Below, in pieces: positions 8,772 through 16,628 of a stretch of 54,256 bases of DNA. The notes below the pieces were generated by a model. The model did not search any database, had not been told where the DNA came from, and worked only from the letters and a program-made list of their open reading frames with translations. Source of the stretch: a virus (lineage: Duplodnaviria > Caudoviricetes); IMG/VR virus record IMGVR_UViG_3300030328_001943, positions 1 through 54,256 of that record; one strand, given 5' to 3'. Position numbers and translations under genes: made by a program. How positions within the stretch are numbered: the first letter of the stretch is position 1; each line of letters opens with the position of its first letter.

Positions 8772-8995
8772 AACATCTAACCAGAGGAACGACTATAGAA
8801 CTTACAGCAGAGGAATCTCATAAGTTTATAGATCTAATTAATGAACTTGATAATACTTTATTTACAGTTTATGAAATACAAGATTTATATTTATCAGACA
8901 TACAAAAATTAAATGATTTAAAGCTTCATTTAATTAGGTTGTTTAATTTAGATTATGACAGGGACGACCGCAGATATATTAAGGAGAAAAAATAA
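8759..8995 (+). CDS. Hypothetical protein
   Basis: GGAGGAG RBS; operon context. Confidence 0.75.
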   Translation: MPRVKHLTRGTTIELTAEESHKFIDLINELDNTLFTVYEIQDLYLSDIQKLNDLKLHLIRLFNLDYDRDDRRYIKEKK

Positions 8996-9384
8996 TGTCT
9001 ACATATTACAGACCAAGCACACCAATACCATTAGATGATATTAAGAACAACAAGAGTCTTAAACTACAAGGCTTTAAAGTGGTTCAAGAAGATGGAGAAC
9101 AATATTTTTATTGTGATTCATATTTACATTTTAGTACAGACAACAAAAATAATGTGATAGATCTATACAGATACAACAGCAATAATGCTGATGATGTATT
9201 AGAGCCGTTGTCTATAGAGTTTGGAGTAGATTTCATTAGTGAGTATGAGGACGAATACCAGGATCTAGCAAGTCCAGATACACCTGTAATGACTTTTAGT
9301 TGGGAGAGCCTAGCAGAGCAAGGCCATTCACCTAAGATGATTGAAAGTACTTTAGCAGAACAAGGAAATGAAAATGAAATATGA
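8995..9384 (+). CDS. Hypothetical protein
   Basis: AAGGAG RBS; translational coupling. Confidence 0.75.
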   Translation: MSTYYRPSTPIPLDDIKNNKSLKLQGFKVVQEDGEQYFYCDSYLHFSTDNKNNVIDLYRYNSNNADDVLEPLSIEFGVDFISEYEDEYQDLASPDTPVMTFSWESLAEQGHSPKMIESTLAEQGNENEI

Positions 9385-9559
9385 AGTTAAGACCGACCCC
9401 AGATATTGGGATTGTGATTGCGATAATAAATACATACATCTTAAAACAGACAAATTGTCTTGTTCTATATGTGGAATGACTGAAGATGAGTGTTCGGATT
9501 CAAGACCGAATGAAATTAAATTGTATTATACAAATTATAAGGAAAACCAAGATGGATAA
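9368..9559 (+). CDS. Small putative zinc-binding protein
   Basis: WDCDC...H...CSIC motif. Confidence 0.65.
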   Translation: MKMKYEVKTDPRYWDCDCDNKYIHLKTDKLSCSICGMTEDECSDSRPNEIKLYYTNYKENQDG

Positions 9560-9776
9560 AGATAAACAGAAAAGGTTAAAAAAACTTTGGTGGTCCTTGT
9601 TTGAACTAACAAGCGAACTAGGAGATTTAAATTCTAGGGACGTGGTTCATTTAGGTATCTCATTCTTTGGAACAGTAGGAATTGATTGTGCACCTACAGA
9701 ACAAGAAGGCAAAGAATACATGATAGACATAATTAATAATTTGGAATTTAAAAAAAGGAGTGCAGATGAAAGTTGA
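9552..9776 (+). CDS. Hypothetical protein
   Basis: Track ORF 9486-9776; likely start ATG 9552 after AAGGA. Confidence 0.65.
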   Translation: MDKDKQKRLKKLWWSLFELTSELGDLNSRDVVHLGISFFGTVGIDCAPTEQEGKEYMIDIINNLEFKKRSADES

Positions 9777-9921
9777 AAAACTTATAAAAATTCTACAAAA
9801 GTTTAATCCTAAAGATGAAGTAATTTTCTATCACTTAAAAAACTACAATCTAAAAGGTTGTCAGTTAGAAACTGTTATAGAAACTGAGTTAGGTGTTGAA
9901 CTAACAGTAGAGGATAACTAA
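9766..9921 (+). CDS. Small hypothetical protein (51 aa)
   Basis: AAGGAG RBS; MKVEKLIKILQKFNPKDEVIF...; below the track cutoff. Confidence 0.7.
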   Translation: MKVEKLIKILQKFNPKDEVIFYHLKNYNLKGCQLETVIETELGVELTVEDN

Positions 9922-9974
9922 GATGCTTGAAGTATTAGTTGCTATAATTGTCTTATCAGCTTTAGCTTCATTTA

Positions 9975-10175
9975 GAGATTAGTTTTTGCTGGGTGGAGGT
10001 ATGTATATTTATACTTCTCCAAAACTCTGCTTGGCAAGTGACTCTTTGATAGTTTGAGTCGTTAATCCAAAACTATCACTTAAACAAAGTGGTGCTGACG
10101 AGATTCACGAGGTCAGTTAAATGATGACTTGTTAAATACTCCAGCCACACCTTTTACTGGAGTTATTTATGGAAT
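9975..10175 (+). ncRNA. Candidate structured RNA with an H-type pseudoknot
   Basis: Intergenic and stem-rich: GACTC/GAGTC crossed with TGATAGTTT/AAACTATCA; also GCTGAC/GTCAGT and ACTCCAG/CTGGAGT; G-U pairs favour the + strand. Confidence 0.45.
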
Positions 10176-10180
10176 GGTTT

Positions 10181-10732
10181 TTATTTTTCTGCGTTATCGC
10201 TTTGTTGATTGTCGAGTAAAGGATCTTCTGGCTTTACTTCAATAGTTTGTCCTAATAACTGTGCTAACCTTTTCTCTACTTCTTCCCTAGACATTTGATC
10301 TATTGTCCCGTATTTAACTTCTTTGCGATCCACAACCAGGCCTCCAACCTTCAAGAGCATACCCTGGGCTGCAACAGCAGCGTTATAACTGCCGTTCTCT
10401 AAGGCTTTATCCCGTATGGTATACAAATCTTGGACAGCCCGATCATAATTGAGTTCATACTTCTTTTTAACTTCATTCATTAAATGATGATATTCAGATC
10501 TAACGAGTGGATTCATCATTAACTTATTAGCTTGTTGGCGTGGATCTTTGTACCCAGCCTTACTTGCAGCTTCAATCAAGCTTTCGCGTGGATTATTAAC
10601 TGCGTTCCAGATAAACAAGTGTTGCCTACGATTCAGGCGTTTATCAAGTGTAAAATATTCTATTGGGGGATCATCAGTATCTTTGATGATGGGATTATAT
10701 ACTAGCTTTTCGTCAGCGACTCTTGGTTTCAT
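10181..10732 (-). CDS. terS: Terminase small subunit
   Basis: HTH LNRRQHLF...EAASKAGY...ANKLMMNPLV, then helical RDKALENGSYNAAVAA and VDRKEV segments typical of TerS. Confidence 0.85.
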   Translation of the reverse strand: MKPRVADEKLVYNPIIKDTDDPPIEYFTLDKRLNRRQHLFIWNAVNNPRESLIEAASKAGYKDPRQQANKLMMNPLVRSEYHHLMNEVKKKYELNYDRAVQDLYTIRDKALENGSYNAAVAAQGMLLKVGGLVVDRKEVKYGTIDQMSREEVEKRLAQLLGQTIEVKPEDPLLDNQQSDNAEK

Positions 10733-10849
10733 AAGTACTTATAAATATTACCTTACCCTACCAATCCTTATAGTATTACCGAGATGATAGCATCTGAGCT
10801 GAGCGCGCGTCAATATATTTTTTATAAATATATGTATGTTTTATTTATT

Positions 10850-10950
10850 ACTCTGACAAAAATGACAAAAATAAAAAAATCCCGAAACCCCCGTGTTTAT
10901 AAGGTTTTCTTGCGTCATGACACTTATGACAATAATACGACAATAATAAT
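10850..10950. repeat. (T)GACAA iterons flanking an inverted repeat; candidate replication origin
   Basis: TGACAAA twice, GAAACC...GGTTTTC, GTCATGAC palindrome, GACAATAATA twice, next to an AT-rich tract. Confidence 0.4.
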
Positions 10951-10956
10951 TTATGT

Positions 10957-11229
10957 TTATTTTGTTTTAACTTTGCCATTTTTATGAACATCATAAACTC
11001 TTTTATGAAAATATTTTATAAACTCACAAACTTCATTAGCTTTATAGCAAGCTTCTTTGTGTTCAAGTTCTAAACTAAAATAAACTGTTAATGCTGTGTG
11101 TCCAATGTCTTTTAAAGGCAGATTATATGAATCAAGTCTATTCATCATTTGTTTTAAAGATTCTTTTTTAATATCATCTTTACTCTTCATTCTCCCTTTT
11201 AAAATATCTATACCTTTTTTATGTGCCAT
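10957..11229 (-). CDS. Hypothetical protein
   Basis: ORF in the leftward operon. Confidence 0.65.
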   Translation of the reverse strand: MAHKKGIDILKGRMKSKDDIKKESLKQMMNRLDSYNLPLKDIGHTALTVYFSLELEHKEACYKANEVCEFIKYFHKRVYDVHKNGKVKTK

Positions 11230-11233
11230 GTTC

Positions 11234-11563
11234 TCAAGACTCCGTAAGACTATATTTTAGCGTTAATTCTTCACCTGATTTAACTTTTACAGTAGTAACT
11301 AAATCGTACATATCCATCTCTAAGAATGTATTAACTTTTTTCACTAAAACACAATTTGGTTTATCCGAGTGGTTGATAAAACCGCCTAATGGCATACGGA
11401 TTAAATTAAGGTGAGTTTTTGCTCTATTAGATCTTATATGCGATATACCTAAATTAGTGTTGCCTGTTATATCTTCAACTGCAAATAGACCCAAACCCTC
11501 TATATCACTAGGCTGTATTGTTAAACAGTCTGGTAAGGGCCTATAACTAAATTTATCACTCAT
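11234..11563 (-). CDS. SET-domain protein (putative lysine methyltransferase)
   Basis: S.IEGLGLFA, GFINHSDKPNC and GEELTLKY SET signatures; likely start 11563. Confidence 0.85.
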   Translation of the reverse strand: MSDKFSYRPLPDCLTIQPSDIEGLGLFAVEDITGNTNLGISHIRSNRAKTHLNLIRMPLGGFINHSDKPNCVLVKKVNTFLEMDMYDLVTTVKVKSGEELTLKYSLTES

Positions 11564-11747
11564 ATTTACCGCTAATGCCATGAAACTCGTCCCACATATC
11601 ATTTAGGTTGTCTAAATAGAATGATGATTCATATTGCGAACTTATCTTTATTAGATTGTTCTTGAACTCATTAACAGTCTCGGCACCCTCTATAGCTATC
11701 TCACAATCACTTTCAAACTGAATTAATAGATCTTTTAGTCTTGACAT
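11556..11747 (-). CDS. Hypothetical protein
   Basis: AGGAG RBS. Confidence 0.65.
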   Translation of the reverse strand: MSRLKDLLIQFESDCEIAIEGAETVNEFKNNLIKISSQYESSFYLDNLNDMWDEFHGISGKYE

Positions 11748-11923
11748 AAATACTCCTTTTTCTTTTTTTTGTAATCTTTAATTATCCATTCAATTTGTAT
11801 GGCTAGAGATCTCATACCTAAAGCATGATCGCTTTCTCTATCGTCCTCATGATCGGTGTCAATAAGAACAGTGTTAGTTAACTGTTTGATCTCTTCAATG
11901 CACTCAGTTTCCAAATCCCTCAT
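11735..11923 (-). CDS. Hypothetical protein
   Basis: AAGGAG RBS. Confidence 0.65.
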   Translation of the reverse strand: MRDLETECIEEIKQLTNTVLIDTDHEDDRESDHALGMRSLAIQIEWIIKDYKKKKKEYLCQD

Positions 11924-11980
11924 GTTATACTCCTTTTAAGCAAGGGAGTTCTAGCCAGGCCCCCTTGATCCTGATAGATG

Positions 11981-12202
11981 TCAATATGTACGGAGAGCAG
12001 TACTAACATCACTAGATAAGCCAAGATCATGTAAAAACATCAGAACATCAGTTCTGGGATCCTCACACTCTACTCCCACAAAACTTTTGTAATACTTTCT
12101 GTAATTATAAGTCAGCTCATCTAGATCTCCAAACCCGTCCATACACGCATTTTTAAAGGCATTATTAATATTTAATCTAAATTGTTCTTCCTTATCATAC
12201 AT
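11981..12202 (-). CDS. Hypothetical protein
   Basis: First ORF of the leftward operon from the 12.2 kb divergent region. Confidence 0.6.
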   Translation of the reverse strand: MYDKEEQFRLNINNAFKNACMDGFGDLDELTYNYRKYYKSFVGVECEDPRTDVLMFLHDLGLSSDVSTALRTY

Positions 12203-12220
12203 AATTTAATCTCGTTGTAG

Positions 12221-12256
12221 TAGACATATTATATGAAACTCTTTACAATTACAAAC
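12221..12256. promoter_or_regulatory. Overlapping divergent sigma70 promoters
   Basis: Plus strand TAGACA-17-TACAAT (12221-12249); minus strand TTGTAA...TATAAT. Confidence 0.55.
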
Positions 12257-12277
12257 TATATATATAAGGAGTAGTTT

Positions 12278-12424
12278 ATGTCTGAAGAAAAATCAGATTT
12301 CGACTGGGAAAAAGAGCAGAAAAAAGATTATAACTTTATAGTCATATCTGAATTTATCTCTATCGTCGAAGAAATTAGTAAAATAATTAATCGTAAAAAC
12401 GAGGAGAAAAAAGATGGAAAATAA
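12278..12424 (+). CDS. Small hypothetical protein (48 aa)
   Basis: TAAGGAG RBS; MSEEKSDFDWEKEQKKDYNF...; below the track cutoff. Confidence 0.6.
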   Translation: MSEEKSDFDWEKEQKKDYNFIVISEFISIVEEISKIINRKNEEKKDGK

Positions 12425-13301
12425 AGAGCTACCACAAGATCTAGCAGAACAACGCCAAATAATTATGGGTGATGCTTTCTACCTGCCTGGTATAAGTAAT
12501 AATGATTATCATGCTTCATCAGGCGTATCATCATCAATTATCAGAAAGTTTGGCAGAAGTCAGCTTCATGCTTTGCGAGAAGAAGTAGAAAAAACACCAG
12601 CTTTACGCTTTGGATCCGCAGCCCACTCTTATATTGTTGAGGGAGAAAATGTATTTAACAATGAAGTGGCTTGCATCAGTGGATCTCCCTATACCAACGC
12701 TAACAAACAATTGCGCGCTGACTATGAGGCTAGAGGCTTAACAGTAATAACCGTTGAAGAAAGAGATAGGATTATTGATATGAGTAATTCTCTTTTACCA
12801 GAGGCATATAAGATGTTGAACCCTGACGAGGGTGATTATCCAGGTGCATTTGAATCACCATATGAGCAAGCAATATATTGGTATGAAAAAGGATTATTGT
12901 TAAAAGTCAAATCTGATGTCATACGCAAGCCTTTGAATCATCCGCACGCATCTAACTCAGTTATCTTAATTGATTATAAAACTACGGCTGATTGTTCTCC
13001 TAAGGGGTTTACCAGTTCAATTTATAAGTTTGACTATCACCTGCAAGCTGCTTGGTATAAGAGAGCTTACGAGAGAGCTGGTCTTAAAGTTGAAGGTTTT
13101 GCTTTTGTTGCTCAAGAAAAGAAAATACCTTACGCATCTAAAATATTTTGGATTAGTAATGCAGATATGGATAAAGGTTGGGTTTATTTGGATAGATTGA
13201 TTACTGAATACAAATCAGTAGTAAATGGAGCAAGTCCAACAATCTACAACACGCCACATCAAGTCAATATAGATATAGTATGGAGAAAAGAAAATGGATA
13301 A
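12414..13301 (+). CDS. RecE/ExoVIII-like PD-(D/E)XK exonuclease (DUF3799-like)
   Basis: YH...SSS, FGSAAH, KSDVI, IDYKTT and YHLQAAWY motifs. Confidence 0.85.
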   Translation: MENKELPQDLAEQRQIIMGDAFYLPGISNNDYHASSGVSSSIIRKFGRSQLHALREEVEKTPALRFGSAAHSYIVEGENVFNNEVACISGSPYTNANKQLRADYEARGLTVITVEERDRIIDMSNSLLPEAYKMLNPDEGDYPGAFESPYEQAIYWYEKGLLLKVKSDVIRKPLNHPHASNSVILIDYKTTADCSPKGFTSSIYKFDYHLQAAWYKRAYERAGLKVEGFAFVAQEKKIPYASKIFWISNADMDKGWVYLDRLITEYKSVVNGASPTIYNTPHQVNIDIVWRKENG

Positions 13302-13518
13302 AGATAACGCTGTTTATACGCCACCACACTATACTCAAGGTGAGATAGAGTTTATACAAGCTATGAGATCTATGCTTACGCCAGAAGAGTTTAAAGGTTT
13401 TTGCAAAGGTAATGCCGTTAAATATATCTGGCGTGAAGCACATAAGGGTAAAAGCAAGCAAGATTTAGAAAAGGCCGTTGTATATCTTAACTGGGCTATT
13501 AATCAAATGGAGTATTAG
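13294..13518 (+). CDS. DUF3310 family protein (T7 gp1.7-like)
   Basis: PPHY...GNAVKYIWR...KG...DLEKA motif. Confidence 0.85.
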   Translation: MDKDNAVYTPPHYTQGEIEFIQAMRSMLTPEEFKGFCKGNAVKYIWREAHKGKSKQDLEKAVVYLNWAINQMEY

Positions 13519-13519
13519 A

Positions 13520-13768
13520 ATGAAAGAGATTGAACAAATTAAAATGCGTAAAGATATTGAGGTTTTAAAAGATAAATACAATATAAGAATACTTAGTCTT
13601 GCAAAAAAAATGGGTTTACGTGAAGTTAATCTTAGAAATTTTATGGATGGTAGAAAACTTATTGACAGAAATCATGAGATAGTAAAACAAGGATTACTGG
13701 ATGTTATGCAAGAAATTAAAGAAGCTAAAGAATATAAAGGCTTTGACCAAGGAGAAAATAATGTCTGA
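13520..13768 (+). CDS. Putative HTH DNA-binding protein
   Basis: LSLAKKMGLREVNLRNFMDG resembles a helix-turn-helix. Confidence 0.5.
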   Translation: MKEIEQIKMRKDIEVLKDKYNIRILSLAKKMGLREVNLRNFMDGRKLIDRNHEIVKQGLLDVMQEIKEAKEYKGFDQGENNV

Positions 13769-13916
13769 AAAAGAAGATAACAACATACCAACAATACAGA
13801 GGAACTTTGCAGATGATTTTATAACTATATCTTATCCAAATGGTAAGGTGATAAAATCTTATATTGATGGTAGAAAAAAAGATGTAATTATATTTGAGGG
13901 AGAAAATGATGATTGA
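13761..13916 (+). CDS. Small hypothetical protein
   Basis: AAGGAG RBS; start at ATG 13761. Confidence 0.6.
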   Translation: MSEKEDNNIPTIQRNFADDFITISYPNGKVIKSYIDGRKKDVIIFEGENDD

Positions 13917-14040
13917 TGTTTTAATATGGTTATTTGTAATCTTTTTAGTCTGGAATGTGCTGGCAATGTCTTTAGTTTATACTCGTAGATGGGTAGATAG
14001 AAATAAACAAGATATAGTTAAGTGCAAATGGACAAAGTAA
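13909..14040 (+). CDS. Small membrane protein (43 aa)
   Basis: MIDVLIWLFVIFLVWNVLAMSLVYTRRW...; GGAGA RBS. Confidence 0.5.
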   Translation: MIDVLIWLFVIFLVWNVLAMSLVYTRRWVDRNKQDIVKCKWTK

Positions 14041-14903
14041 ATCCATACTTCCTAAAAAATCCCTCTTTAATTAGCTTTTCAGGTGGTCGCACATCTGGAT
14101 ATATGCTGTATCAAATACTAAAAGCACATGACGGCAAGTTGCCAGATGATGTCTTTGTTGTGTTTGCTAATACAGGTAAAGAGATGCCTGAAACATTAGA
14201 CTTTATTCAAGAAGTTGGTGATAAGTGGGGCATAGATATTCGCTGGTTAGAATTAGATATACATGATGAAAGGCCTATATTTAGATCTAAAGAAGTAAAT
14301 TATGAAACTGCAAGCAGAAATGGAGAGCCGTTTGAAGCATTAATAGACAGGAAAATGATGCTGCCAAATACAGTTATGCGGATCTGCACAGTTGAAATGA
14401 AAATTAAAGTCCTGGCAAGGTTCATGAGATCTAACGGTTTTAAAGAATGGGATAATGTTGTTGGCCTTAGATATGACGAACCTCATAGGGTAGCAAGAAT
14501 GAAAGCAAACAATGACAAAGATTTAGAGTCTTGGTTTTCATTAGCACCATTATATGATGCCAAAGTGGTTGTTGAAGATGTTTCAGAATTTTGGAACAAA
14601 AGTAATTTTGATTTACAGCTTACAAACTTTAACGGTAAAACCCCTGCAGGCAATTGTGATCTATGTTATTTAAAAGGTGTTGGAACTCTTACAAGAGTTA
14701 TTAAAGAAAAGCCAGAGCTAGCAGATTGGTGGATAGCACAAGAAGAAAAGATAAGAAAACACAAAGAAAAAATGGGCAGTAAATACAACGCCCAATTTAA
14801 AAATAATATTTCTTTTATAGAATTAAAAGAACAAGCTACAGCGCCCAACGTAATGCCAGAACTTTTTCCTGATGATGGAACGAGTTGTTTTTGTACGGAT
14901 TAA
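14028..14903 (+). CDS. PAPS-reductase-family (PP-loop) Cys-rich protein
   Basis: SFSGGRTS, FANTGKE...T, RICT..MK, GLRYDE..R, GNCDLC and C-terminal CFC motifs. Confidence 0.85.
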   Translation: MDKVNPYFLKNPSLISFSGGRTSGYMLYQILKAHDGKLPDDVFVVFANTGKEMPETLDFIQEVGDKWGIDIRWLELDIHDERPIFRSKEVNYETASRNGEPFEALIDRKMMLPNTVMRICTVEMKIKVLARFMRSNGFKEWDNVVGLRYDEPHRVARMKANNDKDLESWFSLAPLYDAKVVVEDVSEFWNKSNFDLQLTNFNGKTPAGNCDLCYLKGVGTLTRVIKEKPELADWWIAQEEKIRKHKEKMGSKYNAQFKNNISFIELKEQATAPNVMPELFPDDGTSCFCTD

Positions 14904-14928
14904 AAAGAGTGGGGCCTTTCAGCCCCAC
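14902..14928 (-). terminator. Intrinsic terminator between convergent genes
   Basis: GTGGGGCT-GAAA-GGCCCCAC-TCTTTTT on the minus strand. Confidence 0.8.
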
Positions 14929-14939
14929 CAAGGACACTC

Positions 14940-15425
14940 TTAAAACGATGGCTTATTGCCAACCTTTGGCTTTTCAAGAGCTTTGTAAGTAGGTTCTGCA
15001 GCTGAACTAATTTTAGTTCTATTCTGCTCATCCTTAACAGTCTCACCCAAATTATTAACCCAATCGTTAGGTGCAACATATAAATTAATCATAAGTTCTT
15101 TACCTACAAATTGATTGTATGTAGTTGGAAAACTTGTCATACCTAAAGCTTGAGTAATCATAGTTAAAAAACCATTATTAAGTTTTTTAGTTTCTAGATT
15201 TGGATGCCAAACACTTAAATATTCTCTATAGTTTTTGTATTTACCATTTTCTAGCTCATACACAAACTTTAAGCTTTTGTTTCCATTCTCTTCTTTAATA
15301 TGCTCACTACATTCAATAATTTTAGCTTTAACATATCCATCTGGAGCAACAGTTTTTTTTGGCTCTTGCTCCGCCTCAGGCATATCTTTTGGATCTACCC
15401 AATCTATTCCTTCAAAATCAGACAC
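14940..15425 (-). CDS. DUF669-like single-stranded DNA-binding protein
   Basis: VAPDGY..KI..C, OB-like pattern, C-terminal PSF; GTG start 15425 after AGGAGG; lies downstream of the AAA gene. Confidence 0.7.
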   Translation of the reverse strand: MSDFEGIDWVDPKDMPEAEQEPKKTVAPDGYVKAKIIECSEHIKEENGNKSLKFVYELENGKYKNYREYLSVWHPNLETKKLNNGFLTMITQALGMTSFPTTYNQFVGKELMINLYVAPNDWVNNLGETVKDEQNRTKISSAAEPTYKALEKPKVGNKPSF

Positions 15426-16164
15426 TATGCACCTCCTGTTCATTATCTGACTGTTCAACAACATTTAACGTATTATCGTTAAATCCCAATTTAGCTATGA
15501 TGTCTGTAGCATTAGTTGGTTCATAAGTCTCCAACTTGCCACTTCTATCTTTCGCAGTAAAACCATCATGTGTACTGGTCTGCAGCCACCTAGTGTAAAC
15601 AGGCTCATCATTCTCACCTTGTTCTTCAGCAACTCTTAAAACCAAGACTTCATCAAATAAATACATGATTTCTTGACCGAGTTTGGTCCCTACCATGAGT
15701 GGTTCATAAATCATAGTATTGTCTACATTTTGTTTGCTCATTTTTGCAAGGAACAAAACGTGCATATGCAGATCTCTGTAAGATCTCATAACATTTACTA
15801 CAGATGATTTAACTAAACCATATGCTTTTCTAGGATCTTTATGTCTTGCAAGCTCAGCTTCTAGCATTACTTCACTAATCTCTGATATTGAATCAAGACA
15901 TACAGTATCATATTCTAAGCTACCATTCTTAAGTTGATCATGAATTTCCATAACTTCATGAGCTTCCTTAACTTCGATAGCATCAACATTTTTGCTGTCT
16001 TTAATGGAAAGCAGTCCAGCCTCTGCACTAATCATTAAGATTTTACCAGGAGCGGTAGAACATAGTGTTGTTTTACCAGATCCTGCCTCCCCATATACTA
16101 AAATCTTAGCGCCCTGATTATCAACTAATTCGCTAGGGCTAACGATACGGTTTTTTATATTCAT
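15418..16164 (-). CDS. AAA_24/Sak4-like ATPase (putative recombinase)
   Basis: YGEAGSGKTT, TVCLDSISE and AKDRSG motifs. Confidence 0.88.
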   Translation of the reverse strand: MNIKNRIVSPSELVDNQGAKILVYGEAGSGKTTLCSTAPGKILMISAEAGLLSIKDSKNVDAIEVKEAHEVMEIHDQLKNGSLEYDTVCLDSISEISEVMLEAELARHKDPRKAYGLVKSSVVNVMRSYRDLHMHVLFLAKMSKQNVDNTMIYEPLMVGTKLGQEIMYLFDEVLVLRVAEEQGENDEPVYTRWLQTSTHDGFTAKDRSGKLETYEPTNATDIIAKLGFNDNTLNVVEQSDNEQEVHSV

Positions 16165-16205
16165 ATTTACTCCTTAAATATATTTGATTTATCCTAACAT
16201 ATCAT

Positions 16206-16244
16206 TTACTATGTGTAAAACATTTATTTAGAATGTGTAAAACA
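16206..16244. promoter_or_regulatory. Tandem operators in the divergent switch region
   Basis: TTAC-tatgt-GTAA at 16206-16218 and TTAG-aatgt-GTAA at 16228-16240, 22 bp apart; ATGTGTAAAACA direct repeat. Confidence 0.65.
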
Positions 16245-16625
16245 CAAAAAGTATCGGGATTGTATATGACAAAAAAAACAAGTTGGATTGACGAAATGCA
16301 GAACAAAAATTATTGGATGGCTGATTATTTCCATATCCAAAAAGTATTGGCAAGCAAACAAATTAAATTGCTTGATGCAATCAACATTAAACCAACATTA
16401 AAGGAAAGACAAGTGAAAAGAATAACATTAAAAGATTGGATTGAATTTCTTGGTATGCCAAAAGCTGCTAAGGAATGTAATGTATCAGAGGCCACTATAA
16501 AAGCCTGGCGATATGGTTACAGACAACCTTCAATTGAAAAAGCAAAAGAAATTATCGTGGCTTCAGAGGGGAGACTGGATTACGAATCTATCTTCGGTGA
16601 AATAAAAGATTTTGTTGAAATTTAA
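16233..16625 (+). CDS. Cro-like HTH transcriptional regulator (true start probably downstream of 16233)
   Basis: KAAKECNVSEATIKAWRYGYRQPS HTH motif. Confidence 0.8.
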   Translation: MCKTQKVSGLYMTKKTSWIDEMQNKNYWMADYFHIQKVLASKQIKLLDAINIKPTLKERQVKRITLKDWIEFLGMPKAAKECNVSEATIKAWRYGYRQPSIEKAKEIIVASEGRLDYESIFGEIKDFVEI

Positions 16626-16628
16626 TAA

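Noticed and set aside
10094-10135. CTGACGAG resembling a hammerhead ribozyme core
   Set aside because: No downstream GAAA or stem II/III arrangement; the segment pairs locally with GTCAG instead
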